A DNA stretch of 64,000 nt, from the NCBI GenBank assembly GCA_964187785.1, contig OZ076417.1:44082001-44146000 (forward strand), written 5' to 3'. Origin of the DNA: Amphiscolops sp. MND2022. Its lineage: Eukaryota. Of the stretch, positions 36,801 through 46,854 are shown one piece after another. Made by a program: the position numbers and the translations under genes. The notes beneath the pieces are model-generated. The model was not told the origin of the DNA. It made no database searches and saw nothing but the letters and a program-made list of their open reading frames with translations. How positions within the stretch are numbered: position 1 is the stretch's first letter; every line of letters begins with the position of its first letter.

Positions 36801-39800
36801 TATACTGATTCCTATTTCATGATTTTCTTTTGAAAAATTGTATCCACCAACAACTAACCTAACAGCTCGTAGAAGCATTCCTTATTTGCGTCGAAATCGC
36901 TGATTTCTGTGTAGGCGTAAAATTCTGAAATACAACCTGTTGTTTTCAATGTGCTTTCAACTGGGCTGAAGGAGAGAGAAAAAACCTACCAGTTAATTCG
37001 GCTACAAAATGATCGAAATCATCGTAGATAAAGTCTAGATCGATGGGAACTGCTTCCTAAAACAAGAACTGCCATGGACACACGATATTCACAAATCGCA
37101 TTTTATCTGGTTGTGTCAAAAGATAGCGTTTGAGTTTATTTGGTAGGCCATTAATAAACGCTTCTCGCACTCGACGCGTGCGTTCATTTGCGCGATTTTC
37201 TGCAGGGACTGCTGGTCGCCCTCCTGCAGCTGCCACTGCGGCCACATCTGGAAAACTTTCGCCTGCAAGTCGTTGAAGTTCCGTCAGAAAATCACTCGCT
37301 GTTTCTTCCTCTGGTTTGAATTTGCGTGAATGAAAAACAATTCGTTTCAGCTGTCTCTGTGGGTTAACGTATCTTTGGCGTAGCGCTGCTATGGCCAAAT
37401 CATAATCTTGGCGAGTTGCCGCTGGCATTTGGTCAAAATAGGCAAGAGCTCCGCCTTTGAGATGTAGGTGTAAGTAGAGATGCCGATCTGCATCAGCAAT
37501 GCCAGCAACTCCAATTGAGCTGGTTAATTGTCGTTCGAACTCATCGAAATTCTCAGTTTCTAGACCCTTAAAGGGTTGAATGTTCACAATCGGTTGAATA
37601 TGTGCCATTTGTGGAGAGTGAATAATTTATGTTTATTTCAGATTGCAGGTATGAGGAGAGATTTGCAGCTTCAAAACTATCGAAATTTTATCCAATCGAT
37701 TCCGGAATAGTCTTAGGACTCGAAGAATGCTGTCATGGAGACTGTGTGAAATTTTCAGGTTTGTAGCTACAATAGTCTTGTCAGGATTTTGGTTTTCCTG
37801 ATCCAAGATGCGAATTTTGAGAATTTTCAATCATGAGTTAACTCTAGTGGTGGATTCGAGTTTCAGTACTCTTCTGTCACCATGTCAGAACGTTTGCTCG
37901 AGCGGTTAGAACTTTTCTAATCGTTAATTCAAATCTCTGAGCTGTAACTTTTATCAGTCATGTCATTATCTTGTTTACAGTATAAATATAGTTACTTATT
38001 ATTAATAGCAACTTCAGCTTTAACGAAATTTTGGAAATAATTCTTATATCATGATTTCAAGTCATGACACCCCTCCTACTAAAATAGTCAAGTAACTAAA
38101 TAGTCAAGTAACTAAGTAGTCAAGTGATGGAGCGTGGAGATTTGGCAGAATTTGGAAAAAAAAACGCAACAGATGATTTTTCTCCCCATTGAAAATGTGG
38201 GTCGGAAAACAAAGGCTTCCTTGAATTAGCTAGTCTTGTTTTCTTCCGTCTTTTTCTTGTCAAACCGGTATTACTCATATCATTTTGGATACCGAATAAA
38301 ATAGTACAATTATGAGAAACACGAATTAATCAGATGACACTACTTTCATTACGATACATATCCCCGCAAGCAACTTCCCAGATCTTGCGACTTGCATTAA
38401 TTAATAACCAATCATACTAAGTTTCGATAAATAGTTTTACACTTTCTCATATTACACCACGTTATAATTAGTTACAATGAACGAAAGGAATTCACTATTT
38501 GACTGGTTTACACTAATTTCCGGAGCAAAAAATGACATTAATTGACTGCATTACGCACTTATGCAGTCCTACGGACTTTGACTAAATTACGCAATTTTCC
38601 ACTACACATTCTGACTAAATTACGCCGTCTTATTAATTACATGGTGTAAATTAATTCACCGCGTTCATATTACAATTTGCTGCACCACAACACTAATGGA
38701 TTACTACGGTCTTTGACAAAATTACACTAATTGACTATGTTACCCAAAAAACTTTTTACACCAAATGGTCACTTCCCACTTTTGCGTGTTATGTATCTTA
38801 ATGTTGGTCGCCGAGAAATGGAGGTATCAGATGAATACAAATTGATCAAAAATCTGAATTATTGGGACACGAACTAACAAAAATCCAATTTATTGGGACA
38901 CGAATTAACCGGAGTAATTATAATTTAAAGACTAGATGAACAACCAACAAATGGAAGCATTAAATCTCACAGTTAAGACAATTATATCAACGAACTCATA
39001 TTATAAGTTCATCTCTAACTACTCAAGGAAGCGGATGTTCAGTAAAACCCAAACCGAACGAATACTTTTTGGAAACACCCTTTTTAGACGGGATGCCAGG
39101 CAGATGTCTCACACATACATGGTTAACATTTGGCAATTCTATTTGATTCAATGGATTATACCATCTTCTATTGATCTATTTTTATACTGATTCCTATTTC
39201 ATGATTTTCTTTTGAAAAATTGTATCCACCAACAACTAACCTAACAGCTCGTAGAAGCATTCCTTATTTGCGTCGAAATCGCTGATTTCTGTGTAGGCGT
39301 AAAATTCTGAAATACAACCTGTTGTTTTCAATGTGCTTTCAACTGGGCTGAAGGAGAGAGAAAAAACCTACCAGTTAATTCGGCTACAAAATGATCGAAA
39401 TCATCGTAGATAAAGTCTAGATCGATGGGAACTGCTTCCTAAAACAAGAACTGCCATGGACACACGATATTCACAAATCGCATTTTATCTGGTTGTGTCA
39501 AAAGATAGCGTTTGAGTTTATTTGGTAGGCCATTAATAAACGCTTCTCGCACTCGACGCGTGCGTTCATTTGCGCGATTTTCTGCAGGGACTGCTGGTCG
39601 CCCTCCTGCAGCTGCCACTGCGGCCACATCTGGAAAACTTTCGCCTGCAAGTCGTTGAAGTTCCGTCAGAAAATCACTCGCTGTTTCTTCCTCTGGTTTG
39701 AATTTGCGTGAATGAAAAACAATTCGTTTCAGCTGTCTCTGTGGGTTAACGTATCTTTGGCGTAGCGCTGCTATGGCCAAATCATAATCTTGGCGAGTTG

Positions 39801-42800
39801 CCGCTGGCATTTGGTCAAAATAGGCAAGAGCTCCGCCTTTGAGATGTAGGTGTAAGTAGAGATGCCGATCTGCATCAGCAATGCCAGCAACTCCAATTGA
39901 GCTGGTTAATTGTCGTTCGAACTCATCGAAATTCTCAGTTTCTAGACCCTTAAAGGGTTGAATGTTCACAATCGGTTGAATATGTGCCATTTGTGGAGAG
40001 TGAATAATTTATGTTTATTTCAGATTGCAGGTATGAGGAGAGATTTGCAGCTTCAAAACTATCGAAATTTTATCCAATCGATTCCGGAATAGTCTTAGGA
40101 CTCGAAGAATGCTGTCATGGAGACTGTGTGAAATTTTCAGGTTTGTAGCTACAATAGTCTTGTCAGGATTTTGGTTTTCCTGATCCAAGATGCGAATTTT
40201 GAGAATTTTCAATCATGAGTTAACTCTAGTGGTGGATTCGAGTTTCAGTACTCTTCTGTCACCATGTCAGAACGTTTGCTCGAGCGGTTAGAACTTTTCT
40301 AATCGTTAATTCAAATCTCTGAGCTGTAACTTTTATCAGTCATGTCATTATCTTGTTTACAGTATAAATATAGTTACTTATTATTAATAGCAACTTCAGC
40401 TTTAACGAAATTTTGGAAATAATTCTTATATCATGATTTCAGGTCATGACACCCCTCCTACTAAAATAGTCAAGTAACTAAATAGTCAAGTAACTAAGTA
40501 GTCAAGTGATGGAGCGTGGAGATTTGGCAGAATTTGGAAAAAAAACGCAACAGATGATTTTTCTCCCCATTGAAAATGTGGGTCGGAAAACAAAGGCTTC
40601 CTTGAATTAGCTAGTCTTGTTTTCTTCCGTCTTTTTCTTGTCAAACCGGTATTACTCATATCATTTTGGATACCGAATAAAATAGTACAATTATGAGAAA
40701 CACGAATTAACCAGATGACACTACTTTCATTACGATACATATCCCCGCAAGCAACTTCCCAGATCTTGCGACTTGCATTAATTAATAACCAATCATACTA
40801 AGTTTCGATAAATAGTTTTACACTTTCTCATATTACACCACGTTATAATTAGTTACAATGAACGAAAGGAATTCACTATTTGACTGGTTTACACTAATTT
40901 CCGGAGCAAAAAATGACATTAATTGACTGCATTACGCACTTATGCAGTCCTACGGACTTTGACTAAATTACGCAATTTTCCACTACACATTCTGACTAAA
41001 TTACGCCGTCTTATTAATTACATGGTGTAAATTAATTCACCGCGTTCATATTACAATTTGCTGCACCACTACACTAATGGATTACTACGGTCTTTGACAA
41101 AATTACACTAATTGACTATGTTACCCAAAAAACTTTTTACACCAAATGGTCACTTCCCACTTTTGCGTGATATGTATCTTAATGTTGGTCACCGAGAAAT
41201 GGAGGTATCAGATGAATACAAATTGATCAAAAATCTGAATTATTGGGACACGAACTAACAAAAATCCGATTTATTGGGACACGAATTAACCGGAGTAATT
41301 ATAATTTAAAGACTAGATGAACAACCAACAAATGGAAGCATTAAATCTCACAGTTAAGACAATTATATCAACGAACTCATATTATAAGTTCATCTCTAAC
41401 TACTCAAGGAAGCGGATGTTCAGTAAAACCCAAACCGAACGAATACTTTTTGGAAACACCCTTTTTAGACGGGATGCCAGGCAGATGTCTCACACATACA
41501 TGGTTAACATTTGGCAATTCTATTTGATTCAATGGATTATACCATCTTCTATTGATCTATTTTTATACTGATTCCTATTTCATGATTTTCTTTTGAAAAA
41601 TTGTATCCACCAACAACTAACCTAACAGCTCGTAGAAGCATTCCTTATTTGCGTCGAAATCGCTGATTTCTGTGTAGGCGTAAAATTCTGAAATACAACC
41701 TGTTGTTTTCAATGTGCTTTCAACTGGGCTGAAGGAGAGAGAAAAAAACCTACCAGTTAATTCGGCTACAAAATGATCGGAATCATCGTAGATAAAGTCT
41801 AGATCGATGGGAACTGCTTCCTAAAACAAGAACTGCCATGGACACACGATATTCACAAATCGCATTTTGTCTCAACAATATCATCTAAGTAATTATTTTA
41901 ATTTTTTAATAACTTTCGTAATTTGAATTGAGTATTTTACTACTACCACTACTATTAGTACTGTAGAATACTGTACTGCACTCAAGTGGTATAATGAATA
42001 AAAAATACCAAAAACAGAACAGCCTTTAGAGTAATAAAACATATCCAAACGTTACCCATACACAAAAGGGCTGCTTTTGAAAGTTATAACCGACAGCTAA
42101 GCTAGTGTAAACAAGCCGAGAACGGCCCAATTATACGCCATATCTAAGGCTCAAGAATAGCAAAAGGTCAAAGCAACTTCAAAGTGTCAAAGTATTCTCT
42201 TCTAAAGCACACCAAAAACCCAAAAGTTGGACCGGATTGGCGCGCCAGGGGGACGCATTGAGATTTTTCATCCATTCTGTCACAAATCATCAAAAAAATT
42301 GGAGGGGGACCCTTTGGTAAAAAAAATTCGAAGTCTCACAATGCCGAAAAAACTGATAGGGACCCTTTAGTCTCGCTCGATATTGTGTTACGCGGAAAAA
42401 AAAGGAAAAACCTTTTTGGTTCAGTTCTCTTCCCCAATTCAAAAATTTGTAGAACTTTTGCTAGAACATTTTTGGCCACTTCAGGTGTATCAAAAAATCT
42501 CACAAAGCCGAAATTACATCTGAACTTTGAAAACGTTTTATGCGAACTTTGAAAACGTTATATACGAACTTTGAAAACGATCCGAACTTTGAAAATGTTA
42601 TATCCGAACTTTCAAAACAGTACATTCGAACTTTGAAAACGTTTTATGCGAACTTTGAAAACGTTATATGCGAACTTTGAAACCGTTATATCCGATCAAA
42701 AGCTAAATACGCTGCTCAAGTTTCGTCCAACAGCTCAGCTTATAAAATCTGTCACCTCGTTGATCTTAAAAAAGCCAGAGCTATAGTCTGCGTTTTCTAC

Positions 42801-43232
42801 AAAAAGCGCGACTAAAAAGGATCTCAATTGTGATGACATGTTTGTTAGTCATGATAAACAATTAATGGTCACGCATATGGGGCCTAGGGACTACACAGAC
42901 CATTTTCTCCATATTACCAAATATTTCCACAAATGAAACTTTTAAAAAAATCCATTATCCATAATCATTATCAATAACCAAAACGTCTTCGATCCGGATT
43001 CCAAACTCGTTATCAGGAATTAGCACTTGTTACGAAGAATTGGCACGTGTTACGATTAATTGTTGTTCAGGCGTTCAGTCAATACTGTCAGTATTTAAAT
43101 GCTCGCATCTCATGCAAAGCATCTACGAACTTGATGTTTCAGGAATTCGGCATTTTCTTCATCGTTGTACTTTTTAGCTAACACTTTGCTGATGCACTTT
43201 TTGGCAGCAGCGCAAGAAATTTCGGGATCCAT
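9864..43232 (-). CDS. STRIP1: Striatin-interacting protein (STRIP1/2, FAM40 family), 16 exons, ~868 aa
   Basis: Exons: 43131-43232, 41754-41820, 41622-41687, 22474-22608, 21716-21977, 19987-20221, 18424-18678, 17518-17738, 17039-17180, 16692-16841, 16309-16412, 15618-15744, 14774-14956, 14204-14347, 10754-10910, 9864-10120 (2607 nt; all GT-AG, phases consistent). Motifs: DLDFIYDDSD, KKILLLLWK, LPQYMIALLKILLAA, NRHKEIIVKA, CWRNLFSCINLLRILNKL, KSNMKTMSAIYQKVRHRL, RPWDFQLEE. Exon 1 is the least certain. Confidence 0.93.
10338..10509. mobile_element. Tc1/mariner-type MITE in STRIP1 intron 15
   Basis: TA-flanked imperfect TIRs TACAGAGGAAGCCGC..ATGGGATGC / GCGTCCCAT..GCGGTTTCTACTGTA. Confidence 0.65.
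12091..13124. mobile_element. Family-A HINE-like copy (minus) interrupted by a second repeat family (~12480-13062)
   Basis: Family-A 3' hairpin at 12091 and 5' terminus at 13075-13124 are on the minus strand. The intervening element has repeated CGTTCGAATCGTAT blocks and an AGTCG..CGACT hairpin plus A-run at ~13030-13060. Confidence 0.55.
19640..19882 (+). mobile_element. Family-A HINE-like partial copy
   Basis: Ends AGTCGTG..GCGCCGACTAAAAA like the other copies. Confidence 0.55.
21420..21696 (+). mobile_element. Family-A HINE-like partial copy
   Basis: CACAGTGCCGAAAAAA block and terminal GAGCCGACTAAAAA; ends ~20 bp from the STRIP1 exon-5 donor. Confidence 0.6.
22671..23063 (+). mobile_element. 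Family-A HINE-like copy
   Basis: AAACAAGCCGGGAACGGCCAAAGTCGGC start; AGTCGGGC..GCGCCGACTAAAAAC end. Confidence 0.7.
23561..23700. repeat. Small fold-back element whose right end is split by the LTR insertion
   Basis: CTATTTTGGGAGGGGAATAGGATCT (23561-23585) is inverted to AGATCTTATTCCCCCCTC (23683-23700) continuing as CCTCCTACTAAAATAG at ~35691-35706. Internal AGATCTTATTCCC repeats. Confidence 0.6.
23701..23889 (-). repeat. 3' LTR
   Basis: TGTCAGAACG...TCATGACA; TATAAATA on + at 23801-23808. Confidence 0.92.
24001..24998 (+). CDS. JmjC-domain (2OG-Fe(II) oxygenase) protein, spliced, antisense cargo inside the Gypsy element
   Basis: Exon 1 starts at ATG 24001 (TTTCAG 6 nt upstream); intron ~24194/24202-24270s; exon 2 ends at the donor 24661|GT; exon 3 follows TATTTCAG 24731 (in-phase AGs also at 24692 and 24713). 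Protein: RGFHVD (24509-24517)...VAVLLKGRKVWF...VIVQSRGDTLFLPAMLAHAV (His 24804)...KGKRKRKFTRQLKKK*. Confidence 0.8.
26082..26400 (+). pseudogene. Small signal-peptide + TM protein (antisense accessory ORF), one frameshift
   Basis: ATG 26082 gives MKSFIITALVVLCVAITCA-RSCHEIKKQ; the +1 frame continues IECCQDK...GCVD...WQIMISFLLVAIFVGIVVLFVRALLRLFE*. Confidence 0.55.
26571..28821 (-). pseudogene. Envelope (class I fusion, F-type) gene, frameshifted
   Basis: ORFs 28087..28866, 27605..28090 and 26571..27413: signal MLFRQILFVVFCHYSLQA, furin site RSRSKR, fusion peptide GLPIIAAGLIGSAAAGIGLG, heptad region, TM TYLTCALVSLILSFAIHFLISYLL. Confidence 0.85.
29232..34200 (-). pseudogene. Gypsy pol (protease, RT, RNase H, integrase) with frameshifts
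   Basis: ALVDTGA (~34083-34102), RLLIDLRRVN, FQYVDD, MADASFYAAG, GKANLAADYLSR, zinc finger LH..GHLG..C..C, catalytic VDMVG..SDLG..ERSH, then a long Pro/Ser-rich tail. Confidence 0.93.
34201..35227 (-). pseudogene. Gypsy gag with NRGYRG repeats and CCHC knuckle (one frameshift near 34510)
   Basis: ORF 34469..35227; a second frame gives (G)NNRGYRG repeats, CRNCNSFGHTAQQC and QQQPKN*. Confidence 0.88.
34204..34210 (-). promoter_or_regulatory. -1 ribosomal frameshift slippery site A AAA AAC
   Basis: Gag ends CCA AAA AAC TAG; the -1 frame is open from here to protease ALVDTG. Confidence 0.8.
35488..35501 (-). promoter_or_regulatory. Primer-binding site (tRNA-Leu-like)
   Basis: TGGTGACAGAAGAG directly follows the LTR's CA on minus; resembles the tRNA-Leu-type PBS TGGTGTCAGAAG. 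Confidence 0.65.
35502..35688 (-). repeat. 5' LTR (further copies at 37883-38069 and 40265-40451)
   Basis: Near-identical to 23701-23889. Confidence 0.92.
42109..42818 (+). mobile_element. Family-A HINE-like copy in STRIP1 intron 1
   Basis: AAACAAGCCGAGAACGGCCC start; AGTC..GCGACTAAAAA end. Confidence 0.65.
42522..42692. repeat. ~21-bp minisatellite (CGAACTTTGAAAACGTTATAT) x ~8 inside the HINE-like copy
   Basis: Directly visible tandem units. Confidence 0.9.
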
Positions 43233-43807
43233 CTGAAAGTAAAATTGAAGCTACAGCAACAACAAGTCTTTTTCATGAACTCAAGAACTAAATTCTGCCA
43301 TATTCCAAGAATGGCTAAACTCGACACTCAGGAGATCTATCGCAAAAAACCTCTACCGCGTAGTTAACATTCTCTGTGACATATTGCATGTCGTAATTCA
43401 AAATTCACGTTATTATTATTCACGTTAAGAATAATTGTTAATAAACATGTCATCAAATTTTCTTATTTAAAAATTCTATCACTAGTTTTGAGCACTACTC
43501 CAAACCATCGAGTGGCTGTTGTTTGAAGAGTTGTTTTCATGAAATGATTGAATTAAATTTGAAAATGACAAGAGTTTTTAATCAGTGAGAAAAGTAGAAT
43601 GAACTTGACTCTTGAAATAAAGTGGGAATGTGTGAATAAACGTGGCAGAAATTCAACAGTTCGAACTTGTTCATACGTATTTTAATGTTGATTCATGATT
43701 GGTTAATTCGAAAGTTAACAACACAAATGAATATTTTAGAAAGCATCAACATATGTCGCCCGGGTCGAAGTCCTTCAATAAAATAGAGTTCTGTTTTCAG
43801 ACAAGTC

Positions 43808-44657
43808 ATGGCACAGTTTGTCGACAATGACAGTGGAAGGTAGAGGAGTGGGAAGAAGCGGCGCGTGGATCCCTTCAAAGAGAGCCACGGATATGGTCTG
43901 CGAGCCATTGATTCTGCGAAATTGCTGGAATTCGATAATCTTCCTCAAGTGGCTAAAGTCGTCATAATTAACTCCAGTGCCTGCGAAGAAGCTCCAGCAA
44001 GTGCTTGAAGATCCACGAGAGATGGCGGTCATTCAGCAGCGAGTGGCAACACTTTCTTCAGAAGACGAAGGGACTCTGCGGAAGCTGCTTTCGTTGGATG
44101 ATCTTCCAGAGACTTGGAAGGGAGGTGTGTTTGTTGTCAAACAGTGTAGAGACCCATTCTAGAGTCCATGCGGGAGTGAAACCACAGGGTGCAGTCTGTG
44201 TTCCGAAAGAATTGAGCGAGAGGGGGATAGTTTCAGAGAGACTTGGTGACACGGTTTTCGTGGAGAAGTCTGGTTTCAGAGGCTTCAACGTTGACGTTGC
44301 TGAGGAAGGACATTCTTTTTCTACTCTCGTTACTGAGAGAAAGATTTGGATGTTCTGTATACCTTCACGAACAGGAAAGAAGTTGGATGCGGCTTTTTCT
44401 GAGACTATCAACCTTTTGCGATGTCTCTTTAGGACGCAGGCTCGTCAGGTGTCTTGGACTCTTCTGGAAAATGGGTGCACCCTTTACTTAACGTACCTTT
44501 CTTGTACTCTGTTTGGACGGACGTGAAGCCTGGAACAGTGTGCACGATGTACAGCTGCGAGAGAACGGTCGAAGAAGGATGGCGTACTGATCAGATGAGG
44601 CGAGCAGATCAGTACTTGGCTCTCAAGTGCCACAGGGGGGGAAGAATTCAGCAGTAG
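43808..44657 (+). pseudogene. Decayed JmjC-domain homolog of the 24001-24998 gene
   Basis: TTTTCAG|ACAAGTC ATG start; CEPLI; FRGFNVD...STLVTERKIWMFC...NGCTLYL..(shift)FLYSVWTD. Both putative Fe-binding His are substituted (N, Y); stops and frameshifts present. Confidence 0.6.
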
Positions 44658-44959
44658 TTCCTGATAGAGGTAAGTATATCAATTTTCGTCATTTCTCTTG
44701 AATAACTTGATGAGTAGACAATTTTGAGCTACAATACCGAGGTACATGCAATAAAATACATTGAAATGGTATGGGAAAAAGTCAGACGTCCAGTAGAAGG
44801 CATAATTTTGATCATAAAAGAACAACTTAAACTAGGATGATAAATCGAATATTCCCATAAACTGGAGACCAAATGTGAGCGAATGAGCACTTTCCCGCGC
44901 TCCGTACTCCAAACCGGTCATGAGGGGACTTTTTGCGACGACGGGTTGATAGAAGGAGA

Positions 44960-46040
44960 TATAACGAAATGAACCAAAAGATTGCGTCTTTTTTCCTCCC
45001 TCGATGACCACTGGGGGTACTATCCACGATTGATTTAGCAAGTGGCAGCTTTCTGATTTTGATTATAGGTCGATTGAAGGTTGCCTTTGACGTTTTGATC
45101 TCTGCTGCTCTCGGAATTTCATCATTTCCTTCAAATTTTTTCGGGACTGGCACGTTTCCAAACCAATGGGACGCCGTGGTCCTCGGCAACCAAAACTAGG
45201 TCTCCCACGTTTATATTAGGTCCAGGGCGAAACCATTGTCGTATCTGGAGTTCCACAAGGTAGTCTCTGCTCCAAGACTTCCAGAAATCTTCGAACTTGT
45301 TGAAGGAGATTCAGTCTGTCCTGCAGGTTCTTCTCTGGATATCGAAAGGAGCGAGTATCCGATGATAAAGTGTGCGGGCGTTATTTTGGGGTCATCAGGC
45401 ATTGGAAAGAGTAGCCTTGAGTTTAAGATTGCTTCAACTTGGAGAATTTAGGAGTTCTTCATATTTCAAAGTTTGAAGTCCGAGTGAGCGTCTCAGATGT
45501 CTCTTCATAAATTTACAGCGGTTTCCCATATACAACCGAAGTGTGGTGCTCACGGGGAATCGTGATCCATTCAGAACCTTGACCTGTCAAGTGTCTCAAG
45601 TTGTTTACCTTCAACGGTCTCTTTATTAGGTAGTGCTTGAAGTCGTAGGAATTCATTTCTGGCGCTTATGAAAATGCTTCCATGGTCTGTTATGATCTTC
45701 TTAGGCGCTCCTCTTCGTGATTTGAAGCGTTTGAGGGCCATTATGTAGACCTCCTTTGTTAGACTTGACACTAATTCTGAATGAAGGCAGCGATATAGAT
45801 CTTGGGATTTTTCTTGTCGTTGACATTGAGCATTGAGAGGCCCAGCGAAATCTATTCCGCAGGTAGAAAACGCCCTAGCTGGAGTCACGCGTTCGCTAGG
45901 TACGTCAGCCATTAGTTGAGGAGCATTTTCAGCGTTCCAGCAAGCCCCGGGTAAAAGAATTGGAATTTTCACACAAAATTTTGAAGTTTTTTTCAACTTC
46001 AGGCATCCCAAAGTCAAGAAGCTTCCACACAACTAGGCTT
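44960..46040 (-). mobile_element. Degenerate BEL/Pao integrase and C-terminal (DUF5641-like) fragment
   Basis: PQLMADVPSERV..RAFSTCGIDFAGP, ALKRFKSRRGAP..ITDHGSIF, ITPAHFIIG, EIKTSKATFNRPIIKIRKLP. Confidence 0.85.
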
Positions 46041-46854
46041 GCAAGTGGATGCATGTGGAAAATACTAGGATAGACAAGAAAAATGAGCAATAGAACGTCT
46101 TTCTATCCTAACCTGACGATGACATAGGTTATTTTTCTGTTCAACCCCAGAGACAGTGTGATGTCAAAAGTGCTTTATTGAACCTTCGGCAGTGTGTAAC
46201 TTTCCCATGATGATTTACGCGCTTCATTCACATTTACAAAATTTTTCTACATACTGAGACGTCCATTGCTGAATTTTCAGCCACTTAGTGTTACTGGAAG
46301 AGGTTTTGGACTACTTTTTTTCCATTAACAACTTTTACACGTTTTCTGTGTTCCTCAAACATCTTCAAAGGCCGTTCGTGGTGCGGGCCTTCTGATTCGT
46401 TCACAGGACAACTGTGTGCGATTTCAGTTAAACGGAAAACCTCACCAGGTCGTTTAAGGTCCGAGTCTACTATTTCGTGAGAAAGTGAAACGAGAAAACC
46501 GGTTTTTGCTGTCACGTGAATATGGTTTCTTCAAATATCTTTAAAGTTATTGGTTGTCCAGACGTCTGTGTAGGTCTGACACGCTTTTCAGCACCGCGTT
46601 TCCTGAAGCAGCTGAGATAGGTAAGTTGTTTTTTTTTCTGAAAAATCGGTCAACTTTTCTTATGGGTTGACCAGACGTCCCAGTAGGCTGAGATAGGTAA
46701 GTGGTAAGGTAAGGTAAGCAACACTGCGCCCCGTTAACAGGCTTAGAATGTTGATTACCACCCATATTATTGAGCCATACTCTGTTTCAGGTGGAGTCCA
46801 AGGAGCGCAGGAGATTGCATTTTTCACGGGATTGAACTTGTTTGTATAATTCAA

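Larger units (their letters stand above)
34721..41868. repeat. Tandem triplication of a ~2382-bp unit (5' gag + LTR + host intron + STRIP1 exons 2-3)
   Basis: Units 34721-37104, 37105-39486 and 39487-41868; identical ORFs recur at offsets of 2381-2382. Extra exon 2 copies at 36990-37056 and 39372-39438; extra exon 3 copies at 36859-36924 and 39241-39306. Confidence 0.95.

Noticed and set aside
36554-36808. Thrice-repeated 84-aa ORF MNNQQMEAL...
   Set aside because: Intronic sequence, repeated only because of the triplication; no recognisable motif.
42522-42692. CRISPR-like array
   Set aside because: Head-to-tail 21-mers without spacers, inside a TE.
46050-46850. Short ORFs and CAGACGTC repeats between the BEL fragment and the Helitron
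   Set aside because: No homology or structure that I can support.
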